Source: Calcarisporiella thermophila CBS 279.70
Lineage: Eukaryota; Fungi; Calcarisporiellomycota
Assembly: GCF_041956535.1 (NCBI RefSeq)
Contig: NW_027192206.1
Span: 167,149-231,148 of the forward strand
Direction of reading: 5' to 3'
DNA length: 64,000 nucleotides
Shown here: one piece after another, positions 1 through 10,568 of the stretch
Position numbering within the stretch: the stretch's first letter is position 1
How the letters are laid out: each line of letters starts with the position of its first letter
Made by a program: the position numbers and the translations under genes
The notes under the pieces: model-generated
Seen by the model: only the letters and a program-made list of their open reading frames with translations
Databases searched by the model: none
What the model was told of the DNA's origin: nothing

Positions 1-245
1 CACACAAAATATTAGTAAAAAAGAGTGCAATACGCAATTTGTGAAAACTGTCTATATAAGTGGCATATCTGTAAAGGACATTGCAACACTTTTTCCAACT
101 TTAACCTCCCAGCATTATAGTTTTTCTTTTTTAAACATGGATATCACGTATTAATAAAACTAGTCTCAATGTTGTACATTTTTACAATAATATTCCGATC
201 CATTCTTCTAGGGTAGCTATTGATTAATTAATTAATATAGGAAAT

Positions 246-3200
246 ATGACATATCATTGCAACAGTTTTTCGGCAACCTGTATATATGTTTTTCATTCAT
301 GGAGAAATATAAATCACTTAAATCACTTTTAATTGTAGCAGGCTCTAACTTTCACACGAATGACCGAAATACCTCACGGAATTTTGCGCTTCATAGTAAC
401 ATGGTTAGATGTTATCTTTTAGCATATGTGAAATTTTTCTCTAATCAAAGTTAGAAATTTCAGAGAAAAGATTCCAACGTGTTTTGGCCAAAATCAGTTC
501 GAAATAATCGGTTTGTCGATCGCCCCGAAGTTTTTAAGAAGCTGAATGAAGCCGTTGCGTTAGAGATGAAACAAAAGTTTCGGAAGCCAATTGCTCTTTG
601 TGGGATGGGTGGGGCTGGAAAATCACAAATCGCACTCGAGTTTTGCTACCGTTCCAGGGAAAATTTTCAGTATATTTTTTGGTTAGAAGCTGACAATGAG
701 ACTTCCTTGCAGAATAGTTTCAAAGAAATGGCGGAACTACTTGGAGTTTTGAGCTCCACCGCGAATACAAGCACAACTGCTCTGCACATGATCTTGTGGC
801 TACAGAACAATACAGAGTGGTTACTTATTTATGACAACGCAGATGATTTTTCTATGGGCAACAAGTCTGATAAAAATTTCTTGCAGAAAAACTATTTCCC
901 CAAAGATGGCCAAGGAATCATTTTGATGACTACTCGCAATGGCAACCCAGGGACAACAGGAGGTCACGTTATTAATCTAGATGAGCTAAAAATGGATGAA
1001 AAGGCTGCACTCACACTTTTGCTCAGAGAAGATTGTAGAACGCCTCCGACTTGCGCATTAAAACTTCTAGAAGAACTTGAATACCTACCGCTTGCTATTG
1101 ATTTGGCCGGGGCATTCATGAGGGAATTCGATACTTCCATTGAGGACTTTTGTGCCCAATATAAGAGGAATTGCATGGACTTCATCAATTTCTACGACTT
1201 GTCACCAAGCGATATTCAGGAGCTGACTCAAACACCTTATGGAAAAACAATTTTGACCGTGTGTGCAGACACGTTCACTCGGCTTAAAAATGAAAGCCCC
1301 AATATCGGCATAATAGCGGAGAGATCTCTTCAGGTTATCGCATTGTTATATCCTGATAATATCCCACTCGAACTATTATACAAACATGCTCACACCATAA
1401 TCGACGATACTGAAGTATCAAGTGCTAATAAACCCTCCGCCGAAAGGCACCAGCGACTCTTAGCCGTAGCTATCAACAAACTCCAGAAGTTCTCTTACAT
1501 TCGAAAATTGAGCGTGAAAGGAAATGACACTGAAAAGTTATATAAAGACAGCGTATCCGTTCATCGATTAGTTCAGAAAGTGCTCCTTTTGAGCATGAAT
1601 TATGAGGAAAAGTTGAAATGGTGCGAAAAGCTCATAGCCACACTGAGATGCGAAGTTCCCGTTAATTATAGAGTTGTCAACGAGGGCCATCGGAGGATCA
1701 TGGAAACTTTAACCCCACATATTCAACATTTATTCCAACAATATTTTGAGTGTAAAAGGTATACTGAGTCTAAATTATATACAACACCTACCATTGCAGC
1801 AGATATAACCCTATTGCTTTCCCCTACGGTGATATTTCTTGCGAGAAGAGAACAGTTTGAAGATATTGAGGCGCTCGCTGAACTTGCAATTTTGAGTTCA
1901 ATTGAAGCAAATGGTGAAGAGCACTTGGATACAGCAAGGTCTGAGAGCAATATGATGTATGTATTGTCAATGAAAGGCCAATTTGTGGAGGCGAAAGTAC
2001 ATGGAGAAAAGGCATTTTCAATCCGTAAAAAGGAGCTTGGTATTGAAAATACTCTCACCCTTTCCTCTCTTCACCACCTTGATTTTGTTTACTCGCGTCT
2101 TGAGAAATTTGATGAAGCTGTGAAACTTTTAAGAGAGGCTGCGAAAGTAGGCGATCACAGTGCTATATCTGAACTGGCATATACATATTCTCACGTTTTA
2201 ACCTCGGACGAACACTATCACTGGATTAGAGCGCTTGAGAAGTATAATGAGAAAAATGCTAGTGACATCAACTCGATTCACCCATGGTATTTAGAACGCC
2301 TCTCCTCCAATGAGTATGGTGATATAGATCTCAATCCTCTTCATCTGGCTTTGCAAGACGGTGATGTTAGCATTATTGAGAATTTTCGAGAAGATTTCAA
2401 GAAATATGCGAATATGGGGGATAGATACAAGCAAACCCCCTTTCACTATGCCTCAAGGAATGGGCAAATAGGCACCGTCAAGTTGCTAATTAATGAATTG
2501 TGCGCGAGGCCGAATGTGCTAGACAATTTTTCCAGGACCCCTTTGCATTTTGCAGTGGAGCATGGTCATGACGATGTGATAATTCTGCTCGTGGAAAATT
2601 ATAGCGCTGATGTGAATGCTAAAGATAAAATTTCAAGAACAGCATTGCATTATGCTGCTGCAAAAGGGCACGTTAAAATACTAAAGCAGTTGTTGGAAAA
2701 TTATTGTGCAAATGTGAATGCTACAGACAAGTTTGGACAGACACCATTGCACTGTGCAGCATCGAATGGACACACGGAGGTAATGAAGCAGTTGTTGGAA
2801 AATCATAATGCAGATGTGAATGCTACAAACTTGGGTGGACATACACCTTTGCACAAGGCTGTGGTGTTTGGACATTTGGAGGTAGTGAAGCAGTTGGTGG
2901 AAAATTATAGTGCAGATGTGAATGCTACAGACAAGTGTGGACAGACGCCATTGCACAATGCTGCGATGTTNNNNNNNNNNNNNNNNNNNNNNNNNNNNNN
3001 NNNNNNNNNNNNNNNNNNNNNNNNNNNNNNNNNNNNNNNNNNNNNNNNNNNNNNNNNNNNNNNNNNNNNNNNNNNNNNNNNNNNNNNNNNNNNNNNNNNN
3101 NNNNNNNNNNNNNNNNNNNNNNNNNNNNNNNNNNNNNNNNNNNNNNNNNNNNNNNNNNNNNNNNNNNNNNNNNNNNNNNNNNNNNNNNNNNNNNNNNNNN

Positions 3201-3765
3201 NNNNNNNNNNNNNNNNNNNNNNNNNNNNNNNNNNNNNNNNNNNNNNNNNNNNNNNNNNNNNNNNNNNNNNNNNNNNNNNNNNNNNNNNNACAAGTGTGGA
3301 CAGACGCCATTGCACAATGCTGCGATGTTTGGATGTATGGAGGTAGTGAAGCATTTGGTGGAAAATTATAGTGCAAATGTGAATGCTACAGAAAAGTTTG
3401 GACAGACACCATTGCACAAAGCTGCGAGATTTGGATGTATGGAGGTTGTGAAGCATTTGGTGGAAAATTATTGTGCAAATGTGAATGCTACAGACATGGA
3501 TGGACAGACACCATTGCACGAAGCTGCGAGGCTTGGACATATGGAGGTAGTGGAGCAGTTGGTGGGAAATTATAGTGCAGATGTGAATGCTACAGACAAG
3601 TGTGGACAGACACCATTGCACTCTGCAGCATCACATAGACACACGAAGGTAGTGAAGCAGTTGGTGGAAAAGTATGATACTGATGTGTGCGCTACGAACG
3701 GGAGTGGATGGACCACTTTGCGTTGTGCTTCAGAAGGAGGACATATAGAAATAATGAAAGAGTGA
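246..3765 (+). CDS. NLR-like STAND protein: short N-terminal peptide + NB-ARC + TPR + ankyrin-repeat array (interrupted by assembly gap)
   Basis: ORF 479-2970 shows the NB-ARC lead-in FWPKSVRNNRFVDR, Walker A GMGGAGKS, Walker B WLLIYDNADD, MTTR, YLPLAIDLAG and VHRLVQ. These are followed by kinesin-light-chain-type TPRs (GEEHLDTARSESN..., LGIENTLTLSSLHHL) and 34-aa ankyrin repeats (GQTPLHxAA..GH..VVK.LVENY.A.VNA.D) that continue after the gap to TGA at 3763-3765. The 5' exons 246-279 and 339-403 (GT-AG introns 280-338 and 404-454) are inferred and splice in frame. Confidence 0.88.
2600..3700 (+). repeat. Highly conserved internal 102-nt tandem repeats encoding ankyrin repeats
   Basis: Recurrent unit gtgaatgctacagacaag..tggacagacaccattgcac....gc....tggac...ggaggtagtgaagca.ttggtggaaaattat.gtgca.at at 102-nt period on both sides of the N-gap. 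Confidence 0.92.
2971..3289. other. Assembly gap (319 N) inside the ankyrin repeat array
   Basis: Run of N. The 40 nt before it (2931-2970) are identical to the 40 nt after it (3290-3329). Confidence 0.99.
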
Positions 3766-4515
3766 TAAATAATGTGAAAATTATGTGCGATCTAAGGTAA
3801 GAATTGAAATGACGCTATTTCATTGTGCTATAGGCAAAGATAGTGTTGAAGCTTTAGAGCTGCTTGGGAGGATAGGAATTTTAGACGTTAATGCAAAGGA
3901 CTGGGATGGATGGGTACCGCAACATTACACAGTGAAGGATGGTTATATCGAGTTTATTATAAAGCTCGTGGATAACTATGATACTGAAGAATTATAAGAC
4001 AATTAGCGGATCGACACCGTTGCACCTTGCTGCGACAAAGGGGAAATTCCGGATTATGAAGCATTTAACGAAAGAGTATAATGCGGGTGTGGATGTTGTA
4101 AAAGAGTTTGGATATACACCAATACACTGTGTCGCTAAAAATGGACATTGGGATGTCGTAAAAGCAGTTGATAGAATATTATAATGTGGATATCAATACC
4201 AGAGACAAAGAAGGTTGGACTTGTCACGTGCAATGGACACCTGGACATCCTGAAATGGCTGGCAGAGGAACGCTATTGAAATACGAAAACCAATGATAAA
4301 AATTGGTCCACTTCATTGCAGTTGGCCACGTGGAAAGGCAATTATTGGAAATTTATGATGCAGATATACAGATTAAGGACAGTTATGGATGGAAAGCACA
4401 GAATTGGGCGTCTTTGAAAGGGTGAACTGCGGTTCATAGGCAACTAGAAACATACCAAGAGACAAGACCATCAGAAAAGGATGTAATCAAGTTCGAATAT
4501 TCAACTGCAAATTGA
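3766..4515 (+). pseudogene. Frameshifted, decayed C-terminal ankyrin repeats of the NLR
   Basis: Ankyrin-like fragments occur in changing frames (DVNAKDWDGWVPQHY; SGSTPLHLAATKG; FGYTPIHCVAKNGH; DINTRDKEGWT; DIQIKDSYGW), separated by stops and frameshifts. Confidence 0.75.
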
Positions 4516-5215
4516 AGCGATCCTATATTTTCACCTATTATTATTTTTGTAAATATTTGTTATCTTCACAAATTCTCATTGGTATTATTTGGCATATGGG
4601 AAGCATTATTAGGTTATCTACCCTATATGTTTCTATAATTTAATAGAAAAGTTGAAATTGTGATAGTTATTGTGTATATATGCAGATTGAACCTTTATAT
4701 CATCCAACACTCTGGTAAATGCAAGAGTTCTTCTGATATATTGAACCTATTTTTTAGCTCTAACATCAGACATTGGTTTACTCTTTAACTGAGAGCAGAC
4801 ATTAAATAAATCCTGTCCTCTAGAAAATAGTAATCTAAGATCCTCTTCCGGTAAGTTTGATTTCAAGAAAGTTACCCTCTTAATCTTCAAAGAATTTTGA
4901 ATTTTAAAACATAATTATCATCTTCTTAATAATAAGAGCGTATATTGATAAGCTCCAGTTCAATTAGTGGAGCATAGTGGGTATGTTAATTCTTGATACA
5001 TTCTCTGTAAAGAATATAGCTTACATTTAACAAGTTTAGAAAAAATAGATATCGTTCTTTTAGCATCTAGTAATCACTGCCTAATCAGCAGTCCACAAAA
5101 TAATAGGATTGCTAAAAAATACAGTCGATAAATAATTATAGATAACCTAGAGGGAAGGGATGATGGATTGTAACCCTCATAACAACTATTTTCTCCTATT
5201 AAAGAGTCAGTAACT

Positions 5216-7118
5216 TCACTTTTTCATAGATATGAGTATCTCTCCTGCTGGTTTTGGTGAATTCTTATCGGGACGAAATGGAGTTGACGTATCCGCAAGG
5301 CGGAACTCATATCGCCTCAATAAAACAATGCATAGGTTCTTAATCGCATTTATGGCGAACCTCCTACCCGGACACGTATGCTAAATGAAAAAAAAAAAAG
5401 TATGCCAATTATTTTTCTCATTGAGACGATTCTTAAATATCCACAATCTAACCGGTCCCATGCCAAAAAGCTACTCAAGCAAAACATGCTTTCATGAGCC
5501 AAATTTCAGGAACTATTGTAATAACAGGACTTACGATATAATCCTCGCTCGGCTTCGTGGATGTTTTTGAGGTTCCTACCCACCGCCATGGATTAAAATC
5601 TTTGTCCATGTTTTTTTCCTCTGCAGAATAGTGCGCAGACATCATGTTCATATGTATATGTGTTCCTTTTGGGATATCAAACCCATTGTTTAGCTTAATA
5701 TTTGTTAGAGCTTTATGGGGAATCCAAAGAAAAGGGTGCTGCTTCCTCAGCGTCTCTCGCACAAATGAATCAAGCTTGACCATTTGATTCAACGTGGTTT
5801 CCGTGAGCTCGCCATTGAATTCATTTTGCTCCGCAAGGAGTTCAGGGCCAAGTTTATCATAGAATCTGGCTAGCGTATAGAACACGTAATTGGCATTGAG
5901 GACTATGGGGCTCGCTTGAAAATAAAAAAAATCGAAATTAGACAGAGGTTATTGTCGAATAAATAGATATCCAGGTTACTGGAAGGATAAACGGTTGCAT
6001 GAATCCTTTTTACGACATTATCGATATAGAAATTATCGGCAGGCAAGGTTTCAATCAATTCTTGCAAAAAATCGCTCTATAAATATGGAGGGGAGAACGA
6101 ATGTATATAGAAGAGAAATTTAAACCAAATCAACTCCGTTCCAAACCAAAAACCACAATGCTTTACTTACCGGACGCTCCCAGTTAGGATTTTCCTTGGC
6201 TTCCTGCACTCGTCGTTCTATTTCTGGCTTTATTAATCGACGCAGCTCACGCAAATGCTTCCCCGGCAATTCCAGATACCAATACATTAAGCGCTCTAGT
6301 ACTTTAAATTGCCTCAAGAGAGGTCTCTGATTATTCCGTAGTTCTGAATAGTATCTCCCATATTGTGCAATCATGCTGTTAAATAATAATATTAGCTCCG
6401 AATTTTGGCTTAATTCTTCTCCTACAATTGCCGAAGCATTCGAAGTGATTATAATATTGCGAATAGTATTGTAGCCGTCAATGACCTTTTCTCCTGTGAA
6501 AGAAGTGCCAATAAACTGATCGCAAGCTTTTTCAATTCTATGTGAAACGCGCAATGTCATGGTTTCAAGTTTGGAGTTAATATGTTTTCTGATAAAAGTC
6601 CCAAAGTGGCTGGGATCTTGGGTATTTCCAGGAAAACGAATTAATTCTCGCAACATTGAATACTAAGAATTCAAATCCAACTTGCTTAGTTTGTTCCATT
6701 TAATTTCGTGATGACCCGATCACTCGAATATACTTACGTCTCTCAACGCCTGTACAAAGCTAGCATTCTTACTCAGCATAATAGACGGGGCAATGGATTT
6801 ATCGACCACTACGATTTCACGATCATTAAACTTCATTCGAAATACAGGGCCATAGACAGCGGTGCACTGTTCAAGGAATTCTTGCGGGGCTGTGTCGAAA
6901 TCCTTTATCTTGCTAGGAAGGGAATCCAATGAGACCGCTGGCGGGAGATTATACTAAATCAAGCAACTCAGTAATTTTTCTCAACTAAGAAAGCTAAAAT
7001 GTATTGGTACTTTGCGAGTCCAGAAAACACAATTAATTACATAGCCCAACCCGAAGATAACGAAAGCGCTCAGAAGCGCGGGAAGGATGTCGATACTCTG
7101 TAGAATCGGCCCACTCAT
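5216..7118 (-). CDS. Cytochrome P450 (multi-exon, N-terminal membrane anchor)
   Basis: N-terminal anchor MSGPILQSIDILPALLSAFVIFGLGYVINCVFW, YGPVFR, ExxR motif (ETLR), FNPWRW and the heme motif FGMGPHTCPG, which is assembled via an 18-nt micro-exon at 5453-5470. Stop TGA at 5216-5218. Confidence 0.92.
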
Positions 7119-8198
7119 TTGATAATGTAAGCCAATCTCTTTCGCGCATGAAAGCAACCCTCGAACTTAAAGCTAGCGAGCCATACCACTTGAATTTAAA
7201 TATCTCAACGGAATCTCCGGAAATCGAATTCCCAGAGGTCACGATTCATGCACTTAATAGGAAAGATGAAAATTACACGTTAAGCGGGAGATTCGGGAGC
7301 TGTGAGAATTCTGATTAAGCCCAGGAGTAGGATTAGTTTGAAAGTACGGTTGACGTGCCATTCATCCTTTTCTCACACATAATAATATTTATTATTGAGT
7401 GCTTCGCAATATCTAAACTAAATGCTTGGAAGAGCCACAGGTATAGGAAGATGTTCTCAATTACACAAAATGCCATAATCTACAAATCTGGTTAGTGCCG
7501 CTTCTGTCGATGATCTAATAAAATGATTCGGCTAATTATGTTAATGGGTTGTTATTTTGTGTAGTGAAATATGACAAGGCTTCTGAGAACGCTGTAACCA
7601 AATGATCTTACTAAGTGCGCGATCCAAACACTCACAATCGAAAAGATAGAACATATTCGAGTTTTTTATATAAATATCTATAATATTGGCTAGCACAGTT
7701 AAACAATGGGTCAGAAAGTATATCCCCCCATTTTGAATATCCCAGTAAGTTGTCCTACTGTACTTTGAAGCTGTTGTTTAGCTTATTGTGATATATCTAT
7801 GCATCTCTCTATCGAAACATACTATCGTATTTTGAACCTTTATCCCTTTGAAATAAATGTAATGTTAAATTTGTTAGATCAAAAGTCAATTTCTACCCAA
7901 TGACGCCTTTACTTGTCTGCTCTTCAAGGTTGTAATACCCTCTAATATACAATGAGGGCTAACTGCATTATATGTAGCATTAATTTATTAAGATGACAAA
8001 ATATTGCCTGTATGCTCCTTGCCTATTCTCGTCCATGCACATCATATATTATTAATTCATACAAATTCCATAGCCCCTTGACAAGATAGAGTTCTCTTGG
8101 GATATTTTAGATCTTGCGAGCACATGCAATTAGAAATTTTACTGTAATACATATAACAAAATAAAAATATATTCCAATGTTCGAATATAGGGCCTGGT

Positions 8199-9140
8199 TT
8201 ATCTGTTTACGAAGTGCCTATCCAAAAATCTATAGGATGGTTCCACGAGTGCTTCGTATTCCGGATCCCCAGGCATTAATGTCAAGTAGAAGAGGTGATC
8301 TTTGCCTTCCGCTAGCAATAATTCATACGAAACACCAGCGTTTTTAAATGCCTCCGAGAGCTCTTTCGCCTCCGAACTGGGAACCGTTGAATCATCGCTC
8401 CCATGAAGAATGTAGGTTGGCGGATAGATAGAGGAGATGTTTTCTAATGCTGTCCAAGAAGCTAGATCCTCTCGCTTGGAGTCGTCCTTAGGATCGAAGC
8501 CAAGTATACTCTCTACCCATATGCCTTTCTGCCGCAAATATTCGTACAGTCTAAACCTGGGGTGAGTCAACAGATTTTCTGCGGTGAACGAGCACCCAGA
8601 TAGCGGACGTTTCGAATAAAGTTCTCTCCCAACACTGTCCGAAATCGGCTCTGAAAAAGTCATTTGAGGTTCTCGGAAAAATGGGCTTGCTAAATTGCCA
8701 CTGCCAGAGTAGTCGATTATTGCTTTTGGTTTTGGAGAAAACTTATATCCCGAAAGCAAAGCGAGAGTTGCACCCGCTGATGCTCCGAAAACCGCCACAT
8801 TATCGAGATCCAGAGGGCCAACCGTTTCAGATGCCTTTTGGTGCAACCACTTCCAGGCGTCCTCGCAATCTGTCCATAATTCATCAATATTGACCTCAGG
8901 TACAAGCCGGTAATCCACGGACATAAGAACCCAATTCCGTTTGATAATCTCTCCAATCTTGACCCCATCGATGGTTTCTCGACTCCCAAATACAAAGCCA
9001 CCTCCATGCATAAAGAATACTACTGGTCGACCATTTTCGGGGACCGGGAAAGCGCCGGGAAGGTATATGTCGATGTTGAGGGGTAGGTCATCTACAATTT
9101 TATAGACGACTGTGTGCTTGGTGAATTCTGGAGTAGACAT
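8199..9140 (-). CDS. Alpha/beta hydrolase, HSL/carboxylesterase type, intronless
   Basis: HGGGF oxyanion motif, VDYRL, GASAG nucleophile elbow, HGSDDSTVP (Asp) and GKDHLF (His). Confidence 0.92.
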   Translation of the reverse strand: MSTPEFTKHTVVYKIVDDLPLNIDIYLPGAFPVPENGRPVVFFMHGGGFVFGSRETIDGVKIGEIIKRNWVLMSVDYRLVPEVNIDELWTDCEDAWKWLHQKASETVGPLDLDNVAVFGASAGATLALLSGYKFSPKPKAIIDYSGSGNLASPFFREPQMTFSEPISDSVGRELYSKRPLSGCSFTAENLLTHPRFRLYEYLRQKGIWVESILGFDPKDDSKREDLASWTALENISSIYPPTYILHGSDDSTVPSSEAKELSEAFKNAGVSYELLLAEGKDHLFYLTLMPGDPEYEALVEPSYRFLDRHFVNR

Positions 9141-10568
9141 CAAATAAAAAAGAAATGAAAAAGGAATGTAATCCTAAAGAATTCTTAAGTGTAAAATATA
9201 CCAAAAAAACGGTATAAATTTGGAGATGGTATATATAGGGTTAGGAGAACAAGAAGCAATTAAGCTTCTTGTTCTCGCTTCTAGCCGAAAATCGGGGGGA
9301 ATATCGCGTCAAATCGACCATATTTATTTGGTTTATTTTTAAAGCCTCTTCCCACTAAATTTAGCTATTGGCCCAGTCACAACATCTAACAACATCGCCG
9401 AGAGTCGGATAGAATCTAGTTCAATATTGTATTGATGAGGAATCTAAAAAAGGTTAGTCCATCCTATTCAACAGACTCTTTTTCTGGCATTCCTTTTCTC
9501 GAATGCGGGCTCTTTTATTATAAAGTGGGGAAAGAAATCTATCTAAAGAATTAATAATTATTTCACTGTTATTAATTTTTCACAGTAAATTCAATTTTCA
9601 TTTCCTCCTCTCCATTCACGAATCAGCCTTTATGAATTTCTATATACGCTATTATTAGACGCCAATGAGTTCTCTTAGTAGAGTTTAAAGATCGGGTAGC
9701 TCGTTCTTTGGCTTCCAAAAAATTCCTAAGTGCCAGAAGTGAATTATTGGTCTGAAGATATTAATTGGGTCTCTATTGGACAAGGTTAGACATTTGAACA
9801 CTTTCGAACTCCGGATATGGACCCTATTTCATTAGTTTGGCAACTTACAGTGCGTGGTGAGTGATCCAAAAAGCAATAGGAAGACTCAGGTGATTTACTC
9901 CGAAGCAGCGGGCAATGGTGTGGTGTAGAAGTGATAATTTTACCGTCTGCTGTTGAGTTTATACGAAATACCAACTTATCTAAACTTCTTCACGAGTTCT
10001 TGCGATATTGAAGTGGATATTGCTGCTTTTCAGACCAAAACTTCAGCTAAAAGTAGGCATAGAGGTAATTTTGCAAGGTAATCGCCAAGAATAGGCGAAC
10101 TGGGCACCATTGTTGAAATCGATATAGCGATGAGTGTCTAACAAATTAAAATCTAGGTCACAAGAGTATTTGTCCTGGAATTATGTCGTGATATATTCTA
10201 GCCTTATGAGAAATGTTCTGTGCTGATTATATTTTCAAGGATGAATCAATCAACATAATCAAATTGTCAAATTGAAGAATACAATTTGTATAAAAATAAA
10301 ATTAAAACTTAGGCCACTTGCCACAAGAAGCACGATGAGAAAATGTTGCAGTAAGACTGCAATCTCACTTAGCTGCGCGCCAATATGGCTTAAATAAAGG
10401 AAACCGAAACGCTGGAGTATTGGGGATATTAGCCTCAATTTGCGGTCACGCTATGTGAAAAAAATCTCTTATCTAACCGTTCTTTGCTCAGTTATTTATT
10501 ACTCTCTCTCCTCGTTTATAAACAACAATTTCATCACTACTAGCGTTTTTTATTTTTTTTTTAAAAAA

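Noticed and set aside
2681-3621. Antisense ORFs with Cys/His-rich repeats
   Set aside because: These are shadow frames of the ankyrin repeats, artificially lengthened by the N-gap.
8199-9140. SesB-like lipase effector paired with the NLR
   Set aside because: It is an HSL-type hydrolase with no terminal extension resembling the NLR's N-terminal peptide, and a P450 separates the two genes.
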